A stretch of DNA of 64,000 nucleotides from Gammaproteobacteria bacterium (GTDB lineage Bacteria; Pseudomonadota; Gammaproteobacteria; Steroidobacterales; JABDKV01): NCBI GenBank assembly GCA_013003425.1, contig JABDJB010000029.1, forward strand, positions 20,387-84,386, given 5' to 3'. The number at the start of each line of letters is the position of its first letter. Position 1 is the first letter of the stretch. Below are positions 46,162 through 55,706 of this stretch, one piece after another. A model generated the notes under the pieces. That model was given only the letters and a program-made list of their open reading frames with translations. It was not told where the DNA came from and searched no databases. The position numbers were made by a program, and so were the translations under genes.

Positions 46162-49100
46162 CTAGTACTTGCCCTGCAATCGCAGGAACCAGCCATACTC
46201 CGAGTAGTCGTGATCAGAGAACTCGTCGTCGGTGAAATCTGTAAAATTGAAGCCCACGCCAAGCCGCAGGTGCTGAAAGTGATCCCACATCACCTCTGCC
46301 AGCCAGCCGCTGCGCGCGGTGCCTGTTTCATCCTGGTCAAGACGGCGGTATTCCACGCCTACAGCAAACTCGCGTAACAGGCTCACGTTGACGCGCTGTA
46401 TCGAAAGCTGTGTCGTGGTGGTGAAAGCCTCGAGGCTGTTGTCGCCGGATTCCTTCACACGCATCGCCTGCTTGCCGACCCATTCCAGCCGTTTGCTGAT
46501 GTCGTACGACCAGTCGGCGGAGAACACCTGGCTGTCGTACGGTGCCCGGCCGGCAGCGCGTTCGAGTGGTTCTTCTGACAACAACGTGATGCGCGCCAGC
46601 GCGTTGAAACGGTCAGTCTCCGCTGGCCGGTAGGCCAGCCCGATACTCTGCTCATGGAATGAAGCGCCGGAGTCTGTATTGGTTGCATCGGTGCGGCTGA
46701 GCCGGAACTTGCCCTGCAGCGTGAAACTGTCGTTCAGGCTCAACTCGGCGAAGGTATCGGTAATAAACTGGCTGCGCTCGGCCAGCCCGCGGTCGCGCCG
46801 CCATTCGTTGAGACTGCGCGCACGCAACACGCCATCGTTATCGTAATTTAGCCCTAGAGCAAAGGTATATCGGCCGCTGTTATCCGTGCTCATGTCGAGC
46901 TGGCTGTGTTCGCCGGCGACCAGCAGGTTGAAGCCTTCGCCGAAATACCAGCGCCGCCGCATACCTACCAGCGACTGCAATCGTGAACCCTCGCCCACCG
47001 AGCCCCACTGGTATTCGCTGTAGACGCGGCCGCTCTCGCCATACGGCGCCTCCGCGCCGAACACGGTGGCATTTTCACTGCGACCACCTTCAAACGTGCG
47101 TCGCCGTGTCGCGTATATCTGTTTGCCGTCCAGGTTGGCACGCGCACCGAATTCGCTGGCGTGGCCACGCGTGCCGATGCTGGCGCGCCCGAGCAGCGTG
47201 ATCGACTCACCGATACGGTAATCCAGTCCGGCTGTGGTCTGCTGGTTCTCCTCACCGCGCAGCGCCTGCTGGTATTCCAGCGTCGTAGACAGCTTGCCGG
47301 TCCAGGCCATCTTCGCCTGTCCGGCGACCGCAGTTTCCTGGCGCCGGCTCGTCGTATCACGCATGGTGCGATCCTGCAGCTCCAGCGTCAGCTTGAGCCG
47401 GTCTGAATAACGGTTCCACTGGACTGTGGTCTGGACGTCCGCATTGTCACCGACTATCTGGCGCTGGCGATCGTGCCGTGCGAGCAATGACGAGCGTTCC
47501 GTCATTTTCCAGGCAAAATGCAGACCCATTTTCTCGGTACCGTGCTCGGCGGCGTTGCCGGCCGAACGGAAACCATCATCAAGCCGCTTGAAGTAGGCGC
47601 CTGCCTGCATCTCGTCAGGTGCCTTGCCACGAATCGCGCCTATGTCCAGCTCTGTTGCAAGCTTCAGAGCCTTGCCCGAGTTATCGCTGTCCTGTGCTAC
47701 TGCCGTGTAGTTGAGACCGCCATCGGTGCTGATAAAGTTGATCGAATCGTTGCCCGAACTGCCGGCGAGTTCGGCGACGATGCGGGCATGCTCGTTGAGG
47801 CGCAATTCGGCATCGACACCGGCCAGGCTGTACTCACTCGTCAGCTGCTTGTCGGTGACATAGCTGCCGCCCACCGTCAGGCCGTTGCCGATGCGTCGCT
47901 GCACACGGCCGCCGCTGATGGACTGACGCATGCCGTTGCTGCGGGTTTCGTAATCAACCTCGAGCGACATCGGGTTACCACCGAGCAGGTCCTGCGCAAT
48001 GATGGTGGAATCGGTATCCATGCTCGACAGCGGCTGCCGGAACAGCAGTCTGCCCTCGGCGTACTTGATGCTGTAATCAACGTTGCGTGCCTGTGGGATA
48101 CGCCGCAGCACCACGCCGGTATGCTGATCACGTACAACCAGCGTGACCTGCTCGCTACCCTCAATCACCTCGTCCTGGCTCAGGTAGTAAAGCGTGCCGC
48201 CGGTGGTCGCAATGACGTCATGCACCGGCTGCTGGCGCACTGATGAAGTGAATACCGTTGCCGTGGTTACCGGCTTGTCGCCATCGTCGGAGCGCCACTT
48301 GACGCGGGCACCGTCGAGCGTGCGGCGATAACCGGCCAGTTCTGTATCGCCCAGGTTTAACGCGTAAGCACCGATGCGTACGTCGAGCAGATCGCTCTCG
48401 ACTGCCAGGTAGAACTTGCCTGTACGCTCGGTATCGTAGACGACCGTGCTCGAATCACCATAAACCGGGTAATGCTGGTCAGGGTCGATATTGGTCAGCA
48501 AGCGGCGGCTGTCGGTATCGTCGAGGTCAGCAAAGACGCCGCCAGCTTCATGCCGGCCGGAATCAAATGCCGAAGTCACGAGGTATTTACCCTTGACCCA
48601 GCCCTTGAGGTAGTAGCTGACGCGACCGTCGACCCGAATTTCGCTGCCCTCATTTGCTCCGGCCGCCCGCAGGTTGCCAGTGGTTTGCATCGATGCGATG
48701 CGGGCATCGGCAAAAGCCATCAGGAACATCGATTTGGCTCGATAATCGACCTCACGCTCGATACGACCCTGATAGCCCTCAGTATCCGTGACTTCCGCAA
48801 CAATCCTGTTGCTGCCTTCTGTCAGCTCCATGGTGGCGGCGAAGTAACCCTCGTCGTCCACCGGTACAGGCGCATCGTTTATGACGACCCGGTTGCCCGG
48901 CTTTGTCAGGCCAGGAATGACCAGCTGCGAATGACGCAGCTCGAGGCCGGCCGGCGGCAACTGGAGCACCAGCTCGGGGATCGGCTCGATATACATTACG
49001 CGACCGTTGCTGTCGTGATCGAGTACCAGTGCCCGCAGGTTTACGATGCGGGCGACGCCATCGGCATTTCGCGCGATGACGCCAACCGCGTTCTCGCCGG

Positions 49101-51948
49101 GGGCGAAGCTCAGCGTGCCGCGGAAGCTTCCGTCTGCAGCGACGTTGAGCTGCCGGCCATTCATCTCGACGTGGTTACCCGGCTCAGTGCGACCTTGCAG
49201 CGTATGCTCGGCAGTTGCGCCATCCGGAACCCGGTTCTGCCCGACCGGGCTGGTGATTTCGAGTGTCGGTATTGCCACGCTGGTTGTGACTGAACGTGCA
49301 TCGGCGGTGGTTATCGACACGTCAATACGATCCACAGCCGGGTCGTCAATCACGGTGCTGAAGCGACCGTCCCTGCCAACGGGCAGTGCCTCGTCGCCTA
49401 TGATCACTTCCGGCTGGAGCCGCTGGCGCTGCGAGATCAGCGCGCGCTGCACATCAGCGAATTCGCCGCGTACCTCGACCCTGCGGTTGAGTTCCCGGCC
49501 ACGGGCTGTTGTGTTGCTGGCGCGCGGGCGCGTTTCACCGAAGCCATACAGCATGAAGCGGTCGCGCGAGAGTTTCTCGATCTCGACCAGATGTTTCAGC
49601 GCGGCACGTGCACGCTGTTCAGACAGCTGCTGGTTGGACGCGGCGCTGCCGACAGAATCGGTGTGACCGGCGATAACAATTTTCTCGTCAGGTTTACTGC
49701 GAATAGTCTGCGCGGTCTCGTGCAGCAACTCTTTCGCTTCGCGCGTCAGCTCGTGCGAGCCTGACACGAAGGCACCACCGGATAGCTCCAGCTGGATCGT
49801 ACTCTTGCGATTTACCCCGAACAGCCGACGCTCACCGGCACTGTCGCTGCCGTTAGCGTATTGCACTTCCAGCTGGTACTGGTACACGCCGCCACCGACG
49901 ACCAGTTTGCCGTTGCGGCCGCGGCCGTCCCATGTCAGCTGTCGGGGTGGCGGCCCATCGCCGCTGCGGCTGAAGATCGCCCGGTCCTCGAAATCGAACA
50001 CGCGCAGTCGCCAGCTGCGGGTATCTTCACTGACATTGAGAAAGCGGAACAACACAGGCTCACTGAGGGCACCATTTTCGATGCGCAACTCGTCGTCGAG
50101 GTCACGCATTGTCAGGCGCACATCGGTCAGGTTGAGGGCAATTGGCCTGCCATTTACTACTATGCTGGGCATGCGGGCGCTACCGGCAACACGCACTGGC
50201 GCGGCATCAGCTTCGCTGGCAATGAGCAGGCCGGGCTGGCCCTCGCGACCAATACGCTGCGCATCGTAGGAATAGCGCAGGCCGAAGTTGACCTTGCCCA
50301 TGAGACCCGGCGTGACATTTACAACACTGGCACGATCAGTGGTCATTTCGACCGCCCGGTTGAGCTGGTCAGTGTTGATCTTCAGCATGCGATGACCGGG
50401 CGCGACCATCGGAAAGTGATAGCGACCGTAGGGATCTGTCAACGCATAAGTGCCATCATCGAGAACCACCATGGCACCCTCGATGCCCTGCTCACCCTTG
50501 TCCTGGCGACCATCGCCATTGGTATCGTTAAATACCTTGCCAATGATCGTGCCAAGGTCGAACAGTGGATCAAGCGTAATTGCGATGCTGGCCTCTGTCT
50601 GCTCAGCAATCAGGCAGGTATCACACACGTCGACGGCATGTACGTAGTTACTGTAATCAGAAGGCCGGGCGCCGGCGCCAACAATCATCTGGTAGCTCAG
50701 TACGCGGTAACCGGGTTCCTGCGGATCAGCGCTGCCGCTGCCGTTACTGTCGACCAGGCCGGCAACGTCGCCTATAGCAAACACAAGTAGGTCATTTGCG
50801 GACGGATCTGGCAGCACAAGGCCATCGAGTCGTGCGCTGCCGGCACGATAACGCAGCACCGGTGACGGGGAGTCGATCAGCCGCACCTGCTCAACCAGGT
50901 CCGGCGTACGGTTGCGGATCTCGACCTTGTAGGTCAAAACATCGCCAACCTGGGCAGTTTCGCGGTCAATACTCTTGGCCAGGTCGAGCACCAGGCCCTG
51001 AGTGAAAGTGACCAGCGGCTGGTCGGGCAGCACATACCCGCTGGCGACATCCGTCGCGATGATGGTTGCCGGGCCTGCAGCATTTGAGCTGATCGTGGCA
51101 ACAAACTCACCGTTGGCATCGGTGATACCGCTGACCGGACTGATTGTATCGAGCGCACCGCGGTCGGTGGCCAGGCTTACAGTGCGACCTGCCAGCGCCA
51201 TGCCAGCGGCGTCGCGCAGGCGCACGGTAATGGTGCCGGTTGCAACACCGTCGGCAATGATAAAGTCCGGCTCGGCCAGCACTTCGGAATTAGCGCCGTC
51301 GACAACTGGTGCAACGATGTTGACTGTCAGGCTGTCGCCATCAGCAGGGTCACCGTCGGCATCGCCGGCGATTGCTGTCTGGCTGACACCCGTGGCTGTA
51401 TCAACTGCCCGGGCAATAAACGCTGCGCTGCCGGGAGCCGCCGGCGTGAGCGCGCGGAAACCCGCTCGAACTATAGTAGTCGCCGCATCGAGCGTGACGG
51501 CCAATGAAATATTGAAAGTTGTACCGCTGACTGTCGCGCAGTAGTCGGTCGAACCGACTGCCGGGCAGCCTGGGGTAAAGCCGACGCCATTGACCGTGAG
51601 GGCGTCGAACATGAGATTCGTGTAGCCGGCCGGTGCCGTGATATCGACAGCATCAAAGCCGGTGTTGGTTGGCAATATGCTGGCCAGCAGGTCCAGCTCG
51701 AAAGCCGATTCATTCGCGGTGACACCAGTAAGCGGCGTGACCTCTGCGATAACGCTGTCAGCTACGCCTGCCACGCGGGTCAAGGTCACTGTGGCCTGGC
51801 CCAGGTTGAGCGTCGCGCCATCGAGGTTGGCAGTGGCGGTATTCTCGATCGCGTGCGCGGGTGCACCAGCAGCAATGATTGCCATCACGTACAGCGGCCG
51901 CCATATCTGGCGCCGCGCGTAGCGATAGGTTCGTTTCATCCACATCAT
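46162..51948 (-). CDS. 1928-aa envelope protein: signal peptide, Ig-like (Big_1-like), DUF11-like, SdrD-B/Cna-B-like and FlgD-Ig-like modules, an OmpA_C-like peptidoglycan-binding domain, two further Ig-like modules, ~860-aa C-terminal beta-barrel
   Basis: 'AGAPAHA|IEN' signal. 'GTITVRLRDAAGMALAGRTVSLATD...' 'LDLAKSIDRETAQVGDVLTYKVEIRN' 'GKVFNDTNGDGRQDKGEQGIEG'. The OmpA-like core 'VIAGHTDSVGSAASNQQLSEQRA...NRRVEV' maps to nt 49465..49806. An alternating amphipathic pattern runs to the terminal 'GWFLRLQGKY'. Confidence 0.8.
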   Translation of the reverse strand: MMWMKRTYRYARRQIWRPLYVMAIIAAGAPAHAIENTATANLDGATLNLGQATVTLTRVAGVADSVIAEVTPLTGVTANESAFELDLLASILPTNTGFDAVDITAPAGYTNLMFDALTVNGVGFTPGCPAVGSTDYCATVSGTTFNISLAVTLDAATTIVRAGFRALTPAAPGSAAFIARAVDTATGVSQTAIAGDADGDPADGDSLTVNIVAPVVDGANSEVLAEPDFIIADGVATGTITVRLRDAAGMALAGRTVSLATDRGALDTISPVSGITDANGEFVATISSNAAGPATIIATDVASGYVLPDQPLVTFTQGLVLDLAKSIDRETAQVGDVLTYKVEIRNRTPDLVEQVRLIDSPSPVLRYRAGSARLDGLVLPDPSANDLLVFAIGDVAGLVDSNGSGSADPQEPGYRVLSYQMIVGAGARPSDYSNYVHAVDVCDTCLIAEQTEASIAITLDPLFDLGTIIGKVFNDTNGDGRQDKGEQGIEGAMVVLDDGTYALTDPYGRYHFPMVAPGHRMLKINTDQLNRAVEMTTDRASVVNVTPGLMGKVNFGLRYSYDAQRIGREGQPGLLIASEADAAPVRVAGSARMPSIVVNGRPIALNLTDVRLTMRDLDDELRIENGALSEPVLFRFLNVSEDTRSWRLRVFDFEDRAIFSRSGDGPPPRQLTWDGRGRNGKLVVGGGVYQYQLEVQYANGSDSAGERRLFGVNRKSTIQLELSGGAFVSGSHELTREAKELLHETAQTIRSKPDEKIVIAGHTDSVGSAASNQQLSEQRARAALKHLVEIEKLSRDRFMLYGFGETRPRASNTTARGRELNRRVEVRGEFADVQRALISQRQRLQPEVIIGDEALPVGRDGRFSTVIDDPAVDRIDVSITTADARSVTTSVAIPTLEITSPVGQNRVPDGATAEHTLQGRTEPGNHVEMNGRQLNVAADGSFRGTLSFAPGENAVGVIARNADGVARIVNLRALVLDHDSNGRVMYIEPIPELVLQLPPAGLELRHSQLVIPGLTKPGNRVVINDAPVPVDDEGYFAATMELTEGSNRIVAEVTDTEGYQGRIEREVDYRAKSMFLMAFADARIASMQTTGNLRAAGANEGSEIRVDGRVSYYLKGWVKGKYLVTSAFDSGRHEAGGVFADLDDTDSRRLLTNIDPDQHYPVYGDSSTVVYDTERTGKFYLAVESDLLDVRIGAYALNLGDTELAGYRRTLDGARVKWRSDDGDKPVTTATVFTSSVRQQPVHDVIATTGGTLYYLSQDEVIEGSEQVTLVVRDQHTGVVLRRIPQARNVDYSIKYAEGRLLFRQPLSSMDTDSTIIAQDLLGGNPMSLEVDYETRSNGMRQSISGGRVQRRIGNGLTVGGSYVTDKQLTSEYSLAGVDAELRLNEHARIVAELAGSSGNDSINFISTDGGLNYTAVAQDSDNSGKALKLATELDIGAIRGKAPDEMQAGAYFKRLDDGFRSAGNAAEHGTEKMGLHFAWKMTERSSLLARHDRQRQIVGDNADVQTTVQWNRYSDRLKLTLELQDRTMRDTTSRRQETAVAGQAKMAWTGKLSTTLEYQQALRGEENQQTTAGLDYRIGESITLLGRASIGTRGHASEFGARANLDGKQIYATRRRTFEGGRSENATVFGAEAPYGESGRVYSEYQWGSVGEGSRLQSLVGMRRRWYFGEGFNLLVAGEHSQLDMSTDNSGRYTFALGLNYDNDGVLRARSLNEWRRDRGLAERSQFITDTFAELSLNDSFTLQGKFRLSRTDATNTDSGASFHEQSIGLAYRPAETDRFNALARITLLSEEPLERAAGRAPYDSQVFSADWSYDISKRLEWVGKQAMRVKESGDNSLEAFTTTTQLSIQRVNVSLLREFAVGVEYRRLDQDETGTARSGWLAEVMWDHFQHLRLGVGFNFTDFTDDEFSDHDYSEYGWFLRLQGKY

Positions 51949-51950
51949 GG

Positions 51951-52553
51951 CTAATTCACCGTGACACGGAAGCGAACCGCCAGGATCGTGTTGGCGGGAA
52001 TGGAAACGGGGGCATTCATCTGCCCGGTGACTGCGCCGACGGTAAGCGATTCGGCCTGTGGCGGCCCACCGCTGTCGGTGATAGAGGCTATGTCATCCGG
52101 GGCGCCGACAGCATCGGTCAACGACGACCACGTGCCGGACCAGATCGTAGCGTCATCTGATCCACTGGCCACTGTGGCGGTTTCGATACTGTCGGGAACG
52201 TAGGTGAACTCCGACTCGTTGAGTATGTCGCTGATGCGGATACCCGCAGCCGGGAAGCTGGTGACATTGTCGATAAGCAGCACAAACCAGATCGGCTGCC
52301 CGGGTGAAACATCCGCTCCGGCCGCAAGCACATTGCCTGCAGCGTCGCGCGCCTGTTTGACCAGGGACAATTGAACTGAGTTGAGCTCTATAGCCGCTTC
52401 GCCGCTGCCGTCGCCACCCTCAAGGGTGCCGTTGGCAATACTGCCGAACGCGCGATTTGTCGCAGCGTTGGCATTGGGCGGGCCGAGCGCCATCGTCCAG
52501 CCCAGCAGGGCTGACATCAATAGCAGCGCGGTACGGCGTACACGCTCGCTCAT
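51951..52553 (-). CDS. Small secreted single-domain protein (DUF11-like beta-sandwich, tentative), paralog B
   Basis: Signal peptide 'RRTALLLMSALLGWTMALGPPNANA'. 'LSLVKQARDAAGNVL...PGQPIWFVLLIDN'. The stop lies 2 nt from the giant gene start. Start at Met24 of the longest ORF. Confidence 0.7.
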   Translation of the reverse strand: MSERVRRTALLLMSALLGWTMALGPPNANAATNRAFGSIANGTLEGGDGSGEAAIELNSVQLSLVKQARDAAGNVLAAGADVSPGQPIWFVLLIDNVTSFPAAGIRISDILNESEFTYVPDSIETATVASGSDDATIWSGTWSSLTDAVGAPDDIASITDSGGPPQAESLTVGAVTGQMNAPVSIPANTILAVRFRVTVN

Positions 52554-52695
52554 GCTGTAACCAGTAGTCACCAGTGTTGACTTCACACTGCTACCACTCG
52601 ACGGCAGCAGAACTGCCGGCAAACACGCTGCAGGGTGCGTCGCAACCAGCGACGCACCCGCGGCGTAAACGGTAGATCAGTGATTCATCGACGCT

Positions 52696-53295
52696 TTACT
52701 GCATGCGTACGCTGAATACGAGCGCCAGAACCGAGTCGGCCGCCGCATTCATCTGTGCGTTGGCTACGTTCTGGTTACCCGCATCGACGGTAACACCGGC
52801 AATACTTGCAACATCAGCATCGACTGCATCTGAAAGCGCAGCGCTGCCATCGGCTGCGGCAAAGATCGTGGCCTCTTCAGCAGGCGTACAGGCAACGGCC
52901 GCACACTTGGCTACTGAATTGTCGACCTTGATCGTACCGGCCTGGTACAGGAACAGCGGATCGAGCACGTCGCGCATACTCACGTCACTGATCTGGATCG
53001 AACTGGTGTTGTTCACGTAAATCATGAACTTCACCACCGTACCGGTTGGCAGCGTCGAACCCGTGGTTATCGGCGTACCGTCAGCGAGAAATGCGCGCTT
53101 GACCAAAGTCAGCGCCGCACCGGTGCTCAACAGGTTGAACACGTTCGAATCCACCAGCGCTGCGCCATCTCCGGCGACATCACCAGTACCCTGGTTGGGC
53201 GCGGCGAGTGCCGCACCTGAAACAAACAGGGCGCTAAGCCCCGTGACAATCAGGCCTTGAAAAAACCCGCGTAACTTACTCTTCCAAAGTCTCAT
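52696..53295 (-). CDS. Small secreted single-domain protein (DUF11-like beta-sandwich, tentative), paralog A
   Basis: SD 'aaggag' precedes ATG 53295. Signal peptide 'GLIVTGLSALFVSGAALA'. 'LTLVKRAFLADGTPI...TGTVVKFMIYVNN'. Confidence 0.75.
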   Translation of the reverse strand: MRLWKSKLRGFFQGLIVTGLSALFVSGAALAAPNQGTGDVAGDGAALVDSNVFNLLSTGAALTLVKRAFLADGTPITTGSTLPTGTVVKFMIYVNNTSSIQISDVSMRDVLDPLFLYQAGTIKVDNSVAKCAAVACTPAEEATIFAAADGSAALSDAVDADVASIAGVTVDAGNQNVANAQMNAAADSVLALVFSVRMQ

Positions 53296-53726
53296 CACTG
53301 ATCTCCTTTGTAGTGAAAATTGAGCATCGCGCGACTGCGCCTGCTCTCTACCGTTGTGCCTGCCGGCACTGCTCGCGAAGCAATACACGCAACAACATCG
53401 GCGATCCCGGCTGGGCCGATACCACTGAAGTCATGTCGCACATCTCGCATCACAAAACTCCCGGGTGCATGGCAGCGCATGCGATCGCCTGAGCAGCGCT
53501 CGCACACGCAGAGGCGGGCACCGGGTACCGCCCAGGCCGCATCCATGCACCTATTTATGCAAAAAGCATTCTGACCGGGTGGTGCGCGAGGCGCCGGTAC
53601 GGTTTCACAAAACGCTGTGGCAGCTGCGTCGTTTGAAATCCAATTGCCGATCAGGTGGGGATAATGTGAAGTCGGTCACAAAACGGGGGTGGCGATAAGC
53701 GTGATGTTAAATGGCGGGACACGGGC

Positions 53727-53754
53727 AAAAAAAAAGCCCGCGCAATGCGCGGGC
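53727..53754 (-). terminator. Rho-independent terminator of the PEP-CTERM gene 53784..54290
   Basis: The minus strand reads gcccgcgc-att-gcgcgggc followed by T9. Confidence 0.85.
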
Positions 53755-53783
53755 CGTGACTTGGGGGAAAAATCTTATTGTGA

Positions 53784-54290
53784 TTATTGACGTCTACGGG
53801 ACGTGCCGATGGCGGCCAGCCCCAAACCTATCAGCAGCAAAATGCCTGGTTCATTCACTGTAAGCACCCGGCTGTCTTGCGGCTGGCGCATCTGGGTGGC
53901 GGCATCCACCTGCCAGTTGATGGTCATACTTTCATCGCTGCCTGAAATGAGCGCGTCGAACGCGAGTTCGACCATCGAATCGCCTGCTGGCAGCGCTGCC
54001 GTGTACTCCTGCCAGGTGTTGGTAATCGACAACCCGCTGAGGATTGCACCGCCGTCAGCCGACACATCGAGACAATCGCCAATGACGTTTCGTCCGCAGT
54101 AGTCGATGGTACCGCCACCCAGTGCCAGGATAGACAGGCTCAGGTCAGCATAACCTGACGCATCGATCTGGAAGATTCGTGAGCTGTTTTCACGATCCAG
54201 GTAGGCAGAGCCTGCGTCAATTGCAACCGCATGGGACCCGACTGGAATCAGGATCGCCAGAAAACTCGCCAACAAAGTAATTTTTTTCAT
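53784..54290 (-). CDS. Secreted protein with PEP-CTERM-type sorting signal
   Basis: Signal peptide 'MKKITLLASFLAILIPVGSHA'. C-terminus 'VNEPGILLLIGLGLAAIGTSRRRQ'. Confidence 0.8.
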   Translation of the reverse strand: MKKITLLASFLAILIPVGSHAVAIDAGSAYLDRENSSRIFQIDASGYADLSLSILALGGGTIDYCGRNVIGDCLDVSADGGAILSGLSITNTWQEYTAALPAGDSMVELAFDALISGSDESMTINWQVDAATQMRQPQDSRVLTVNEPGILLLIGLGLAAIGTSRRRQ

Positions 54291-54373
54291 GTCTTGCTGT
54301 CCTTCCGGAATTTACAGAACGCCTGATGCTATTTTGCATTTTGACGCGTACTTCAAGCTTGTGCTGAGTTAGT

Positions 54374-54389
54374 TGCAAAAACCGGACCA
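54374..54389 (-). promoter_or_regulatory. Candidate sigma-54 (-24/-12) promoter for the PEP-CTERM gene 53784..54290
   Basis: The minus strand reads TGGTCCGGTTTTTGCA, matching 10 of 12 consensus positions of TGGCACG-N4-TTGCW with exact GG/GC spacing. It lies ~85 nt upstream of the ATG and shares TTGCAACT with the element at 17785..17800. Confidence 0.5.
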
Positions 54390-54679
54390 AGGTTCGTATC
54401 GGACTGCAAAATAGGCTGGAATTGACCATAAGGGATACGAAAGTGTGACCTGCATCACAATTTTTACCCTGATTGTTTAGCTTATCCGACGACATTTACA
54501 GTTGTTAATAACAGTCGAATCGTCAAGGATCTATAACTTGTAAAGTATGTCGACACGAAAACAGCGACGACTTAACAATAGCTGACAACCGTTGTAGCCA
54601 GATGTGTGACGGCCACACGCCACCGGCAACGACCACACGGGTACCTTTCCATCCAGGCTTACGTTTGGACTCTTTTGTG

Positions 54680-55606
54680 ATGTACCGGGTACTGGTCGTT
54701 GACGACAATGTTGATATGCAGACCATGCTGTCGCGGATTCTCACGGACATGGGTTTTGTCGTCGATACCGCTGACAGCGCCAATGCCGCCTTAGGTCAGC
54801 TGGCAAAGCAGCGGCCGGATCTCGTAATTACCGATATCCGGATGGACGGTATGGACGGTCTCAGCCTGGTTGGCCTGATCAGCGAGCGCGACCCGGATAT
54901 CCCAACGGTCGTCATGACGGGCTATGCCTCGATGGAAACCGCCATCGCCGCCATTCGGACTGGCGCATGCGATTACCTGGTCAAGCCCTTTGAGTCGTTT
55001 GATTACGTGCGCGACACCGTTAACCGCGCGCTGCAAACCACCCGGGCCGCGAGAGAGCGAGACGAACTCATCGAAAACCTGAAGAAGCAGAATGAAGAGC
55101 TGCATGACCTCGCAATTCGCGATGGTCTGACGGGTTTGTATAACCAGCGCCATATTTCAGAGCTATTGGCTGCGGAGTTTGAACGCGCCGTCCGCTACCA
55201 CCGGGAGCTCTCGGTACTTTTTATCGATGTCGACCACTTCAAGGACTATAACGACCGCAACGGGCATCCGCGCGGCGATGAGGCTCTGCGGGCCATCGCC
55301 GGAATCCTGCAGGAAAATACACGCAAGAGCGACGCTGTTGCGCGCTGGGGCGGCGAGGAATTTCTGGTGCTTGCGCCGGAGACCTCGCCTGAAGCGGCTG
55401 CCAACCTGGCGGAGAAGCTGCGTGCCAGCGTCGCGCAACATGCCTTTCCTGGCCGTGAATCACAGCCTGCCGGCTGCGTTTCCATCAGCGTCGGTATCGC
55501 CAATCTGAGTGGCGGCGATTCGTTCGAAAAACTGATTGCTCGTGCGGATGAGGCGCTGTATGCCGCCAAGTCCGCCGGTCGAAACACGGTGAAAAACGCC
55601 GCCTGA
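54680..55606 (+). CDS. Response regulator with REC + GGDEF domains (third paralog)
   Basis: 'MYRVLVVDDN...DLVITDIRM'. 'RKSDAVARWGGEEF'. ATG 54680 is preferred to the longest ORF start at 54602. Confidence 0.9.
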   Translation: MYRVLVVDDNVDMQTMLSRILTDMGFVVDTADSANAALGQLAKQRPDLVITDIRMDGMDGLSLVGLISERDPDIPTVVMTGYASMETAIAAIRTGACDYLVKPFESFDYVRDTVNRALQTTRAARERDELIENLKKQNEELHDLAIRDGLTGLYNQRHISELLAAEFERAVRYHRELSVLFIDVDHFKDYNDRNGHPRGDEALRAIAGILQENTRKSDAVARWGGEEFLVLAPETSPEAAANLAEKLRASVAQHAFPGRESQPAGCVSISVGIANLSGGDSFEKLIARADEALYAAKSAGRNTVKNAA

Positions 55607-55706
55607 CAGGCTTTTGCGCCGCTTCCGGCTGCTAGGCACAAGTACTGATTTACACTTGCTGTGACGACACGCATCAATAGTGTCGAGGTTGCCGCAGGAG
55701 TGCATC

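Noticed and set aside
47518-50790. Several 200-300-aa plus-strand ORFs (47518..48243, 48472..49293, 49861..50790)
   Set aside because: All are antisense to the 1928-aa gene, carry no recognisable motifs and have no start-site signals. They are GC-rich shadow ORFs.
53296-53783. Search for a sigma-54 or other recognisable promoter in the ~490-bp leader of the seven-gene operon
   Set aside because: I found no GG-N10-GC element with flanking consensus on the minus strand and could not assign a convincing sigma-70 -35/-10 pair by eye. It is left unannotated.
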